64,000 nt of DNA from an uncultured Chloroflexia bacterium (lineage in GTDB: Bacteria; Chloroflexota; Limnocylindria; Limnocylindrales; CSP1-4). Under the pieces are notes generated by a model that was not told where the DNA came from, did no database searches, and saw only the letters and a list, made by a program, of their open reading frames with translations. The position numbers were made by a program, and so were the translations under genes. Positions 9,983 through 19,114 of this stretch are shown in pieces. Location of the stretch: positions 40,756 through 104,755 of the forward strand of contig CAVPJI010000004.1 of NCBI GenBank assembly GCA_963705215.1. The letters are read 5' to 3'. Numbering within the stretch: position 1 is the first letter of the stretch; each line of letters opens with the position of its first letter.

Positions 9983-10975
9983 GTGTCGTCGGACCAGATC
10001 AGCTACGTCCTCGTCGCGCTCATCGTGACCGGGGTCGCGATCCTCCTCCTGCTCGCCGGCGCCCTGATCGCCCGGCGCGGTCGCGACGGCCGGCGCGACG
10101 CCGCGCCTGTCGCAGCAGCGGCCGCCGTCGCGGCGCCCGAGCCGCCTCCGGTGGCGATCCCGGTCGCTGCGCCCGCGCCGGCCCCGACGGTCGTCGCCCC
10201 GCTCCCGCCCGCCGTTGTCGAACCTGGGCCCGAGGCGCCCGTCCCGCACGCCGACGCCGACCATGCGCTCGAGGAATCCGCGGTCACGTCGGCGGACCTC
10301 GCGGCTGCCGCCCGCCGCGTCGACGATCCGCGGGAGCAGGAGATCATCGAGGGCTTCCTCTCCATCGCCCCGCGCCGGCGCGAGGCGGCCTACGCGGTCC
10401 CGGCCGGCCCGACGGCGACGGCGGCCCTGTCGGCGCCCAGCGAAGCGGGCGCGCCCGCCGACCAGGGCTTCGCCCCGCCCGACCCCTACGTGGACGACGC
10501 CACGGGCCTCGATTCGCGGGCGGCATGGGAGCGGGCCCTGGCCGAGGAGAACGCCCGCTACGTCCGGTACCGGCGTCCGGTCGGGATCGTGATGGCGGAG
10601 CTCGACGGCTTCACCCGGTTCGAGGACGGCTTCGGCACCGACGCGTCGCGCCGGGTCGTGGCGGCGGTCGGCGGTGCGATGCGCCGCAGCGCGCGCCGGA
10701 CAGACCACATCGCCCACGTGGGCGGCGGTCGCTTCCTCGTCCTCCTGCCGGAGACGGACGAGATCCAGGCGATCAACTACGTGGAGCGGATCCGCGGCGA
10801 GTGCGACCGCTGGCTCGATGCCGGCGCCGTGGCCCTGCGCCTCTCGGTGGGCTGGGCAAGCCCGAGCGCCGTCGGCGAGCTGGACACCGCCGTGCGCACC
10901 GCCGAAGAGCGGATGTACGCCGAGCGGCGCCGCACCACCCGCGTCGCGGTCACGAATCCCGACGCGTCACGCTGA
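9983..10975 (+). CDS. membrane-anchored degenerate GGDEF-domain protein (probable c-di-GMP binding, not synthesizing)
   Basis: GTG start preceded by GAAGGAA. N-terminal TM helix and a Pro/Ala linker. GGDEF fold with A-site GGGRF instead of GG[DE]EF, but I-site RRTD at canonical spacing. Confidence 0.7.
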   Translation: MSSDQISYVLVALIVTGVAILLLLAGALIARRGRDGRRDAAPVAAAAAVAAPEPPPVAIPVAAPAPAPTVVAPLPPAVVEPGPEAPVPHADADHALEESAVTSADLAAAARRVDDPREQEIIEGFLSIAPRRREAAYAVPAGPTATAALSAPSEAGAPADQGFAPPDPYVDDATGLDSRAAWERALAEENARYVRYRRPVGIVMAELDGFTRFEDGFGTDASRRVVAAVGGAMRRSARRTDHIAHVGGGRFLVLLPETDEIQAINYVERIRGECDRWLDAGAVALRLSVGWASPSAVGELDTAVRTAEERMYAERRRTTRVAVTNPDASR

Positions 10976-10989
10976 CGGGGGCGCCTGCC

Positions 10990-11012
10990 GGGCGACGAGT
11001 GCCCCGTCGCCC
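10990..11012. terminator. GC-rich hairpin between convergent genes (GGGCGACG-agtgcc-CGTCGCCC)
   Basis: Perfect 8-bp inverted repeat in the 75-bp convergent intergenic gap. No U-tract, as is common in high-GC actinobacteria. Confidence 0.3.
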
Positions 11013-11050
11013 CGCGGCGCCCTCGTCGGGCTTCGCCGTGCGCTCCGGGC

Positions 11051-12226
11051 CTAGATGACCGAGGGCGTGAGGAGGACCGGCAGGCCGATCTTGTTCTCGT
11101 AGTGGGGGCGGTAGCGGCTGATGTTGTAGGCGTGCTCGACGTCCACCGTCCGGGCCCCCGGTTCCGGGATGGGGCAGTAGGAGTACCGCCCGTCGCGGAT
11201 CGCCGTCATCTGCGCAGTTCTCCCGTCGATCACCAGCTCCATTGCGACGTTCGCAAAGGTGATCGCCACCATCTGGTCGAAGGCGTCCGGCTCGCCGGAG
11301 CGAAGGTCGTAGGTCAGCTCCGAGTTGACGGTCTCGACGCCCGTCCGGAGCTTGATCTCGTAGGCCAGGAACTCGCCGATGCTCGCCTTGTGTCGGTGCC
11401 CATAGGCGTCCGCGTCGCCGACTTCCTGGAGCTCCATTCCCTCGGGCAGGGCACCTTCCGAGGCGATGACGAACGAGTAGCGGCTGGGGTTGTTGGCTCG
11501 ATCCTCGACGAGGAGATCGACGAGGTGCTGGAGGTCGAAGCGGTGCTCCGGGATGACGCACCGCGCGGAGGTGACGTAGGCCGTGTAGAGCGCCGTGAAG
11601 CCCGCATTGCGCCCGAAGACCCGGAAGACACCGATCCGCTCGTGCGAGCCGAGTGTCGTCCGCTGCCGGTTGATGGCGTCCTTGGCCCGCGTGATCGCGG
11701 TCGAGAAGCCGATGCAGTACTCGGTCCCACGGACGTCGTTGTCCATCGTCTTGGGGATGGCGATGATCTGGACGCCCGCGTCGGCGAGCACCTTCGCGTA
11801 CGAGAGCGTGTCGTCGCCGCCGATTGAGATCAGGGTGTGGATCCCCAGCCGGTCGAGGTTCTCGAGGACGACCGGGGTGAAGTCGTAGACGCCCTCGCCC
11901 GTCTCCAGCGAGGGCAGGCGCTCCGCGGGCACCACGGAGGGGAGCTTTGCGGTGCGCATCTTCCGGGGGTTCGTGCGGCTGGAGTGAAGGAACGTGCCGC
12001 CCGTCCGGTCGATCTTCCGCGTGTTCGCCCGGTCGAGCGGCCGGACGTACTCGGGGTCCGGCTCGGAGCCCGGACGCATGTGGGTCAGGGCCTCCCAGCC
12101 TCGGAGGAGCCCCGTCACCTCGAAGCCCATCTCGGTGGAGCGGTAGACGACGCTCTTGATGACGGAATTGAGGCCGGGAACGTCTCCGCCCCCGGTGAGG
12201 ATGCCCACTCGGCGCGATTGCGACAT
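11051..12226 (-). CDS. pfkA: 6-phosphofructokinase (ATP- or PPi-dependent PFK)
   Basis: Start MSQSRRVGILTGGGDVPGLN preceded by GAGGGAG. PFK motifs GGDDT and IPKTMDNDV. Confidence 0.85.
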   Translation of the reverse strand: MSQSRRVGILTGGGDVPGLNSVIKSVVYRSTEMGFEVTGLLRGWEALTHMRPGSEPDPEYVRPLDRANTRKIDRTGGTFLHSSRTNPRKMRTAKLPSVVPAERLPSLETGEGVYDFTPVVLENLDRLGIHTLISIGGDDTLSYAKVLADAGVQIIAIPKTMDNDVRGTEYCIGFSTAITRAKDAINRQRTTLGSHERIGVFRVFGRNAGFTALYTAYVTSARCVIPEHRFDLQHLVDLLVEDRANNPSRYSFVIASEGALPEGMELQEVGDADAYGHRHKASIGEFLAYEIKLRTGVETVNSELTYDLRSGEPDAFDQMVAITFANVAMELVIDGRTAQMTAIRDGRYSYCPIPEPGARTVDVEHAYNISRYRPHYENKIGLPVLLTPSVI

Positions 12227-12360
12227 GCTCACGGTGCTCCCTCGGAGGTTGCTGGTGGCCATCGGGGCGGGCCTGCAGTTCGTCGCCATGGTACCGGCGC
12301 GGCTCGGCGGCGGCGGCGGCCGTCCGACGCACGGCGGGGGCCGTTCCGCCCGGCCCGCGA

Positions 12361-13596
12361 TCAGCGGCTGTGGTGGACCCGGCTCGCCTTGTGCTGATGG
12401 GCCGGGATCCGGTCGCCACCGCGGGGATGAAGGGGCCGCACCGGCGTCTCCGGGTCCGGGAGGAACTCCTCGACGACCTCGACCGGGATGGCCCGCCGCA
12501 GGAGGCGCTGAATCGAGCGCAGGTAGTCCACCTCGTCGGGGCAGGCGAGGCTGATCGCAATGCCGCTCGCACCCGCGCGCCCGGTGCGGCCGATCCGGTG
12601 GACGTAGTCCTCGGCCTTCATCGGGAGGTCGAAGTTGACGACGACCGGGAGCTCCTCGATGTCGAGGCCGCGGGAGGCGACGTCGGTCGCCACGAGGATC
12701 TCGACCACGCCGGACTTGAAGTCGGCGAGGGCACGGATCCGCTCGGCCTGCGTGCGGTCCGAATGGATCGCAGTCGCGGCGAAGCCGTGGCGGTCCAGGT
12801 CTGAGGCGATCCGCCGGGCGGCGATCTTCGTGCGCGTGAAGACGAGGACCTGGCGCAGGTCGTGGGTCCGGACGAGGTGCTCGAGGAGCTGGAGCTTTAG
12901 CTCCCGGTCGACGGGGTAGAGGACCTCGCGGACCGCCGAGGCCGTGGCATTGCGGGGGGCAACCTCCACCGTCGCGGGGTTGGTGAGGAACTCCTTGGAA
13001 AGGCGCCGGATCTCGTCGGAGAAGGTCGCCGAGAAGAGGAGGGTCTGGCGGCGGTTCGGCAGGAGTTCCAGGATCCGCCGGATGTCCGGGATGAACCCCA
13101 TGTCGAGCATCCGGTCACCCTCGTCGAGGACGAGGATCTCGACCTGGCCGAGATTCGCAGCCCGCTGGCCGACGAGGTCGAGGAGACGGCCCGGCGTCGC
13201 GACGAGCAGCTCGACGCCGCTCCGCAGCTCCTTGATCTGGGGGTCGAGCGGAACGCCGCCGAAGACGACCGCCGAGCGGAGGGCGACGTGGCGCCCGTAG
13301 GCCGCGGCCATCTCCGCGACCTGCATCGCCAGCTCGCGGGTGGGTGTGAGGACGAGCGCCCGAACGGGATGGCGAGCAGGCGAGAACGAGGTGTTCGCAT
13401 GATGCTTGAGGCGCTCGAAGATCGGCAGGACGAAGGCGGCCGTCTTGCCGGTCCCGGTCTGGGCCGCGCCCATCAGGTCGCGGCCCTCGAGGACGAGAGG
13501 GATCGCCTGGGTCTGGATGGGCGTGGGCGCGGTGAAGCCCTCGTCGGCGACGGCGCGGAGGAGTTCGGCCGACAGGCCGAGCGAATCAAAGGTCAC
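12361..13596 (-). CDS. DEAD-box ATP-dependent RNA helicase
   Basis: Q-motif TFDSLGL...TPIQ, Walker A AQTGTGKT, DEGD (DEAD variant), SAT, HRIGRTGR. The start codon is uncertain; the GTG at 13596 was chosen. Confidence 0.8.
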   Translation of the reverse strand: MTFDSLGLSAELLRAVADEGFTAPTPIQTQAIPLVLEGRDLMGAAQTGTGKTAAFVLPIFERLKHHANTSFSPARHPVRALVLTPTRELAMQVAEMAAAYGRHVALRSAVVFGGVPLDPQIKELRSGVELLVATPGRLLDLVGQRAANLGQVEILVLDEGDRMLDMGFIPDIRRILELLPNRRQTLLFSATFSDEIRRLSKEFLTNPATVEVAPRNATASAVREVLYPVDRELKLQLLEHLVRTHDLRQVLVFTRTKIAARRIASDLDRHGFAATAIHSDRTQAERIRALADFKSGVVEILVATDVASRGLDIEELPVVVNFDLPMKAEDYVHRIGRTGRAGASGIAISLACPDEVDYLRSIQRLLRRAIPVEVVEEFLPDPETPVRPLHPRGGDRIPAHQHKASRVHHSR

Positions 13597-13652
13597 GTTC
13601 AGGCAGCATAATCGATCTCGCGCGATGAACCCGCGACTCAAAGGAGAAGGCG

Positions 13653-14588
13653 ATGCCCAAGCAGACGTCCGAGCCCGGCTCCGGGAGTGCCGCGGGCGCG
13701 AAGCCGCGCTCCCGCGAGGGACGCAACCGCCGACCGGAGCGGGATTCCCTGAGGATCCCGGCCACGGCGCTCGAGGGTGGGCGGGGCACGCCGATCGGCG
13801 AGCAGAACGACGCGAAGCTCACGAAGAAGGCATACGAAGCGGAGCTGCGCCGCCTCGACGTCGAGCTCGTCAAGTGGCAGGAGTGGATCAAGGACCAGGG
13901 CCTCAAGGTCGTGGCGCTCTTCGAGGGCCGTGACGCGGCCGGCAAGGGCGGGGCGATCAAGCGGATCATGGAGCCCCTGAACCCGCGCTCCGCGCGCGTC
14001 GTGGCCCTGCCCGCGCCGACCGAGCGCGAGAAGAGCCAGTGGTACTTCCAGCGTTACACCACGCATCTCCCGGCCGCCGGCGAGATCGTCCTCTTGGACC
14101 GCAGCTGGTACAACCGTGCCGGCGTCGAGCGGGTCATGGGCTTCTGCACCGAGGACGAGTACCAGGAGTTCCTGCGCTCCTGCCCGGAGTTCGAGCGGAT
14201 GCTCGTACGGAGCGGGATCATCCTGCTCAAGTACTGGTTCAGCGTCTCCGATGCGGAGCAGGAGCGCCGCTTCCAGGACCGCCTGGACGACCCGACGAAG
14301 CGCTGGAAGCTGTCGCCGATGGACGTCGAGAGCCGGTCCCGGTGGATCGACTACAGCAAGGCCAAGGACGAGATGTTCGCTCACACGGACATCAAGCAGG
14401 CACCCTGGTGGGTCGTCCGCTCCGACAACAAGAAACGGGCCCGCCTCAACGTGATCACCCACCTCCTCTCGACGGTCGTGTACGAGGACCTGACGCCAGA
14501 GCCGATCGTCCTGCCGCCGCGCCAGAGGGACACCGGGTACATCCGGCCGCCGATGGAGGATCAGACCTTCATCCCCGAGCCCTACTGA
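13653..14588 (+). CDS. ppk2: polyphosphate kinase 2 (PPK2)
   Basis: Strong RBS AAGGAGAAGG. PPK2 Walker A GRDAAGKGG and the lid module. Single-domain, 311 aa. Confidence 0.85.
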   Translation: MPKQTSEPGSGSAAGAKPRSREGRNRRPERDSLRIPATALEGGRGTPIGEQNDAKLTKKAYEAELRRLDVELVKWQEWIKDQGLKVVALFEGRDAAGKGGAIKRIMEPLNPRSARVVALPAPTEREKSQWYFQRYTTHLPAAGEIVLLDRSWYNRAGVERVMGFCTEDEYQEFLRSCPEFERMLVRSGIILLKYWFSVSDAEQERRFQDRLDDPTKRWKLSPMDVESRSRWIDYSKAKDEMFAHTDIKQAPWWVVRSDNKKRARLNVITHLLSTVVYEDLTPEPIVLPPRQRDTGYIRPPMEDQTFIPEPY

Positions 14589-14709
14589 GAGCCGCTCGCA
14601 GCTCGGGGAGGCTGCCCCGGCCGGGCGGCTCGGCGCCGAGGGCTGCGCCCCCGGCCTCGCGCGGTATTCTCGCGGCGGCGCGCGGCAGCGCCGGAAGGGA
14701 GCGGCCGGC

Positions 14710-15147
14710 ATGAAGGACGAGCGGGGCGAGACGCAACCGGCCGTCGCGGAGGAGGACCGCTCGGCACTCCTCACGTCCTGCGGCCGCCTCCTCGGCACCA
14801 TCGGCCTGCTCGTGATCGTGGTGCTCCTGCCCGCGACGTTCCTCGTCGTCGCTGCGAACCTCGGACTCGTCGATGCCCCGGGCTGGTCCGGGAGCAACAC
14901 GAGCGTCTTCGCCTTCTTCCTCGTCGTCGTCCCAGCGGGCCTCGCCCTCGCCACGGTGCACTTCGTGCTCGGCGGGCTGGTGCTTGCCCGGCGGTTCTGG
15001 CCCCTCGTGGTCGCGGTCCTGCTCCTGTTCGCGGTCGTGACCCTCTTCCCGCTCGGCCTCCGGATCAGCTGGCCCTTCCTCGGGCTGACGGCGCTCTACG
15101 CGACCACGCTCGTCCTCGTCGTCGCCCGGCACCGCGAGTTCGAGTGA
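14710..15147 (+). CDS. hypothetical membrane protein
   Basis: 145 aa with 4 hydrophobic helices. RBS GAAGGGAG. No recognizable domain. Confidence 0.5.
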   Translation: MKDERGETQPAVAEEDRSALLTSCGRLLGTIGLLVIVVLLPATFLVVAANLGLVDAPGWSGSNTSVFAFFLVVVPAGLALATVHFVLGGLVLARRFWPLVVAVLLLFAVVTLFPLGLRISWPFLGLTALYATTLVLVVARHREFE

Positions 15148-15650
15148 GCGGTCGCGGCACGCCGGCGCTGGAGGTTCTCCGGGCGGCCGGCGTCGCCCAC
15201 GCCGTGCACGAGTACGAAGCCTCCCCTCCCGCGGGGCCGCGGGATCATGATCGCCGGCCCCGGTACGGGCGCGACGCCGCAGCCGCGCTGGGGCTCGACC
15301 CCGCGCGCATGTTCAAGACGCTGATCGCAGTCGTTGACGGGGTCCTCGTTGCGGCCATCGTGCCGGTATCGAGCGAGCTCGACCTCAAGGCCCTGGCCGC
15401 CGTCATGGGAGGACGGCGAGCGGACCTCGCGGCACCGGCGCACGCGGAGCGGGCGACCGGCTACGTCGTCGGCGGGATCAGCCCGCTCGGGATGCGGCGC
15501 CGGCTGGCCGCGGTCCTGGACAGATCGGCCGATGGGTTCGCAACCATCCACGTGAGCGGCGGCCGGCGGGGCCTCCAGGTCGAGCTTGCACCGGCCGACC
15601 TGCTCCGCCTCATCGGCGCGGTCTCGGCGCCGATCGCGCGCTGGGCCTGA
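15144..15650 (+). CDS. ybaK: YbaK/EbsC family Cys-tRNA(Pro) deacylase
   Basis: YbaK motifs (FKTLI, GYVVGGISPLG). The GTG start overlaps the upstream stop. Confidence 0.7.
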   Translation: MSGRGTPALEVLRAAGVAHAVHEYEASPPAGPRDHDRRPRYGRDAAAALGLDPARMFKTLIAVVDGVLVAAIVPVSSELDLKALAAVMGGRRADLAAPAHAERATGYVVGGISPLGMRRRLAAVLDRSADGFATIHVSGGRRGLQVELAPADLLRLIGAVSAPIARWA

Positions 15651-15681
15651 GCGAACCGGTCATGCGGGGCTCGCGCCGCGG

Positions 15682-16632
15682 TCAGCGGCAGGCCACCGGG
15701 TGGGGCGCCGGCATCGCGACCGAGCTGGCGACGGGCACGGGGCCGCCCGCCGGCACCGCGACCACCACGAGCTTCGTCGAGGTGGAATAGGGGCCTTCCG
15801 ACGTCTGCAGCCACAGCTGGCGCGCCGTCACGTCCAGGGCGCGCTGGATGCTTGTCTGGTGACGCCGGACGGCGACGATGCGGTACGGATAGCGCTTGCT
15901 CTCCGACGTGTGGACGTAGACGGTCCGACCGATCATGGACGCCCCGTTGTTCACCTTGGACGCCGTGAATAATGGGAGGAACATCCCGGTCCGGGCGTGG
16001 GCGTACAGGAACGTCGCGCCCTGTTCCGGTGGCTGATTCGCCATCGTGAGGTAGTGGGCGACGTTGCACCTGACGGCGCCGGTTCCGCGGAGGACCGGCA
16101 CATCGATGCCCATGCCGACCACCTGGACACGCGTGGCGTGCTCGAAGCTCAGCAGCGCGCAGCGCGTGGTGGTGCCGGACGTCACGCGCAGCGTGAACGT
16201 GCCGTACGTGCGGGTGGACGTCCACGCCTTGCCGGTAGGGGTGGCGGCCCAGGCGGTGACCCGTGACCCCGAGCCGTTCGCGCCGGTCCGGATCGGACCC
16301 GGGCTGGAGATCCACGTCCCCACAGACCGGCAGGTGCCGGCCCTGAAGGTGGGCGTCCACGACCGGTTCGCCCCGGCGCCCGTCAGCGTGATCGTGGACC
16401 TGCCGGTGCCATTCGTGTAGGCGATGAATGTCACCCTGACCTGGGTGCCGGAGGCGCCGGTCCAGGTCCGATCCACGACCAGGGTGACCGCAGCCGCCGG
16501 CCCCGGGGCGATCGACATCCCGACCAGGAGCGCGGCGACGAGGATCGCAACCCGGGCGCTGCCGCGGCGCACTCCCGGGTGCCGGAGCGCCCTCGATGCG
16601 ACGGCCTTCCCCGGGCCGGTAGAGTGCTGCAT
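15682..16632 (-). CDS. secreted sortase-like protein lacking catalytic cysteine
   Basis: Signal peptide with AXA site. The C-terminal half matches class E/F sortase core order (VLRG..HY..GATFLYAHAR..RIVAV..LWLQTSEGP). The TLxTC Cys position is Ser. Confidence 0.5.
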   Translation of the reverse strand: MQHSTGPGKAVASRALRHPGVRRGSARVAILVAALLVGMSIAPGPAAAVTLVVDRTWTGASGTQVRVTFIAYTNGTGRSTITLTGAGANRSWTPTFRAGTCRSVGTWISSPGPIRTGANGSGSRVTAWAATPTGKAWTSTRTYGTFTLRVTSGTTTRCALLSFEHATRVQVVGMGIDVPVLRGTGAVRCNVAHYLTMANQPPEQGATFLYAHARTGMFLPLFTASKVNNGASMIGRTVYVHTSESKRYPYRIVAVRRHQTSIQRALDVTARQLWLQTSEGPYSTSTKLVVVAVPAGGPVPVASSVAMPAPHPVACR

Positions 16633-16808
16633 GCGCGTTGGACCCCATGCTCATCCCGGGTCGCCGGTCGGGCCGGGGATGGGTAGGGTACCGGGATCGT
16701 CGGCGTCAGGCCAGTCCACCGTCCTCTCGGGCGCGCCGGGGCCAACCTTCGTGGTGCGCCGACGCGACGCACTGGCTCGCCTCCGCGGCGGCCCCGGCGC
16801 CGGTCTGA

Positions 16809-17807
16809 TCAGGGGACCAGCACCGCCGTGCCGTCCAGGGTTCCCGCGGCGAGGCGACGCAGGGCCACCCCGCCGTCCTCGAGGGGGAAGAGGTCGGTCT
16901 CCGTCCGGACCGGGATCGTGGCCGCGAGGTCCAGGAACGCCCGAGCGTCGTCCCGCGTGTAGTTGGCGACGCTGCGCAGGCCCCGCTCCCACCAGAGGCT
17001 CCCGTAGTCGAAGGCTGGGATCCCGTCGAGGTGGATCGCGTTGATGGCCACGGTGCCGCCGCGGTCGAGCGCGCGCAGCGCAGCCACGACCACGGCGCCG
17101 GACGGGGCGAAGGTCACGGCAGCGTCCAGCGGAACGGGCGGGGGGTCGTCATAGCCGCCCACAGATGCCGCCCCCGCGGCAAGCGCGCGTTCACGCTCGG
17201 CGGCGGAGCGCGCCGCGACGTGCACCTCGCATCCCCAGGAGCGGGCGACCTGGATCGCGAGCCGGGCCGACGCGCCAAACCCGTAGAGGCCCAGGCGGCC
17301 TCCCGGCTGGATCCCGGAGACCAGCAGCGATCGGTACCCGATGACTCCACCGCACAGGAGGGGGGCCGCCGCCGGGTCGTCGAATCCGTCGGGGACTCGG
17401 AGCGCGACGTCGGCCCCGACGACGATCCGCTCGGCAAACCCGCCGTCGCGATCCCAGGCCGTGAAACGTGCGGACGGGCAGAGGTTCTCCCGGCCGCCCC
17501 GGCAGGACTGGCACGTTCCGCAGGTGCCCGCCAGCCAGCCGACGGCAGCCCGGTCCCCCACCGACCAGCCGGTCACCTCCGCGCCGAGGCCCTCCACGCG
17601 GCCCACGACCTGGTGGCCCGGGATCGTCGGCAGGCGATGGGCCGCAAGGTCGCCCTCGACCAGCTGGAGATCGGTGCGACAGACAGCACAGGCGCCCACG
17701 CGAAGGAGCAGGTCGCCCGGGCCGGGCGCCGGATCAGGCACGTCGCGAAGCCGCACCGGATCCGTCGCGGCCAGGGGCGCCGGGTGCTCCAGGACGAGGG
17801 CGCGCAT
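16809..17807 (-). CDS. zinc-binding alcohol dehydrogenase family protein
   Basis: Internal ATG MRALVLE. MDR zinc ligand GHQVVG, structural-zinc Cys cluster CGTCQSC, Rossmann GFGASA. Confidence 0.8.
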   Translation of the reverse strand: MRALVLEHPAPLAATDPVRLRDVPDPAPGPGDLLLRVGACAVCRTDLQLVEGDLAAHRLPTIPGHQVVGRVEGLGAEVTGWSVGDRAAVGWLAGTCGTCQSCRGGRENLCPSARFTAWDRDGGFAERIVVGADVALRVPDGFDDPAAAPLLCGGVIGYRSLLVSGIQPGGRLGLYGFGASARLAIQVARSWGCEVHVAARSAAERERALAAGAASVGGYDDPPPVPLDAAVTFAPSGAVVVAALRALDRGGTVAINAIHLDGIPAFDYGSLWWERGLRSVANYTRDDARAFLDLAATIPVRTETDLFPLEDGGVALRRLAAGTLDGTAVLVP

Positions 17808-19081
17808 CAGCGGACGGAGACGCTGCCGATGCCGCCGCGGACGGCGATCTCGACCCGGTTGGCGGCAGTCGCGAAACCGGGTGACTCCCAGGCGTCGCCG
17901 GCCGCGGTCCGCGGGAAGCGGACCGTGTCGATGTCGCTTGAGCCGAGGACGACCGAGGAGCGAATCCGGGCCGCAACGCCGTCGGGCACGCGGAAACGGA
18001 TCGTGGTCGCGCCGCCCTCGGCGTCGACGACGGTGACGCCCGCGGCGGCCGGCAGGGTCACCCGTGTCTCGCTGGCGCCGGTCCGGAGCCGAAGCTCCGC
18101 GAGCCGCAGGCCCGAGAGATCCAGCTCCGCGTCGGCGGCCCCCGTCTCGACCCGCAGGCGGAGGGGCACCTCGGCGCTGACGCCCATCTCCCACGTATAC
18201 GGGACTCGGTTGAGGGCCCAGCCGGTCGGCGGCGTGGGCGGCGTGAGCCGCGCCCGCCCGGCCCCGCCGCTGCGCTCCACGCGGACCCCGCCGTCGAACG
18301 TGCCGTCGACGAGGAGGCCCGCCGCTGCCGCGCCGATTTGCAGGTGGCCGGCGCCGAACGTCACCATCACCTCGGCGTCCGCGGTGCCCTCGAGGGGGAT
18401 CGCGAGGCGGTCCGGCACGGGGGCGGATCCATCCGGAGCGGGGGCGGATCCATTCGGAGCGCCGGCGTCAGGCGCCGCCGCCATGCGAACGCCCGTCCCG
18501 CCGACGCCTGTCTCGGCACCGCCGGCGCCGGCCTGGGGCCGGCGCCAGGGACCGGGGATGAACGCCCCGACGATGACCACGATGCCGATCCCCACGAGGG
18601 CCAGCGGGACGGCGATCTCGGTCCAGGCCGAGAACTGGTCCCCGGAGAGGCCGAGGACACCCTCGAAGAAGAGGAAGCCGACGAGGAAGATGACGATGCC
18701 GACGAAGAGCGTCGTCAGGCCGGCCCGCAGGTCGTCGCTGCGCCGGGCGAGAAGGCCGTAGACGGTGAGGCCGACCCCGACGCCGCCGGGCGCCACGAGG
18801 GCCCAGGCGTAGGCCCAGGTCTGGTAGAGGCCGTTCGCCTCCTGGACCGCGAGGACGACGCCGGTCATCAGCACGATCCCGCCGACGCTCGCGATGCCGG
18901 CTCCCCCGGAGCCCCCCACGGCCACGGCGCCCACGATGAGCGCGAGTCCCGGGACGATGATCCAGATCGGCCAGCCGATCGTGAGCCCGCCCACCTGCAC
19001 CAGGAGGGCGGCGCCGCCCAGCAGGATGAGCACGAGGCCGACGATGAGCCCGCCCCGCTGCGGAGATGCCTGTCCCGTCAT
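17807..19081 (-). CDS. membrane protein with C-terminal DUF4097/LiaF-like (toastrack) domain
   Basis: ATG preceded by GGGAGG. About 6 TM helices, then a repetitive beta-rich C-terminal domain resembling cell-envelope stress LiaF/toastrack proteins. Confidence 0.55.
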   Translation of the reverse strand: MTGQASPQRGGLIVGLVLILLGGAALLVQVGGLTIGWPIWIIVPGLALIVGAVAVGGSGGAGIASVGGIVLMTGVVLAVQEANGLYQTWAYAWALVAPGGVGVGLTVYGLLARRSDDLRAGLTTLFVGIVIFLVGFLFFEGVLGLSGDQFSAWTEIAVPLALVGIGIVVIVGAFIPGPWRRPQAGAGGAETGVGGTGVRMAAAPDAGAPNGSAPAPDGSAPVPDRLAIPLEGTADAEVMVTFGAGHLQIGAAAAGLLVDGTFDGGVRVERSGGAGRARLTPPTPPTGWALNRVPYTWEMGVSAEVPLRLRVETGAADAELDLSGLRLAELRLRTGASETRVTLPAAAGVTVVDAEGGATTIRFRVPDGVAARIRSSVVLGSSDIDTVRFPRTAAGDAWESPGFATAANRVEIAVRGGIGSVSVR

Positions 19082-19114
19082 GTCGTCGCCTCCCTGGCCC
19101 GGTACGATCCGGTC

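Noticed and set aside
14589-14709. Palindromic CCCGGCCGGG element after ppk2 as a terminator
   Set aside because: The stem is short and there is no flanking complementarity beyond 10 bp. The next gene sits immediately downstream with its own RBS. Weak evidence, so it is not listed as a feature.
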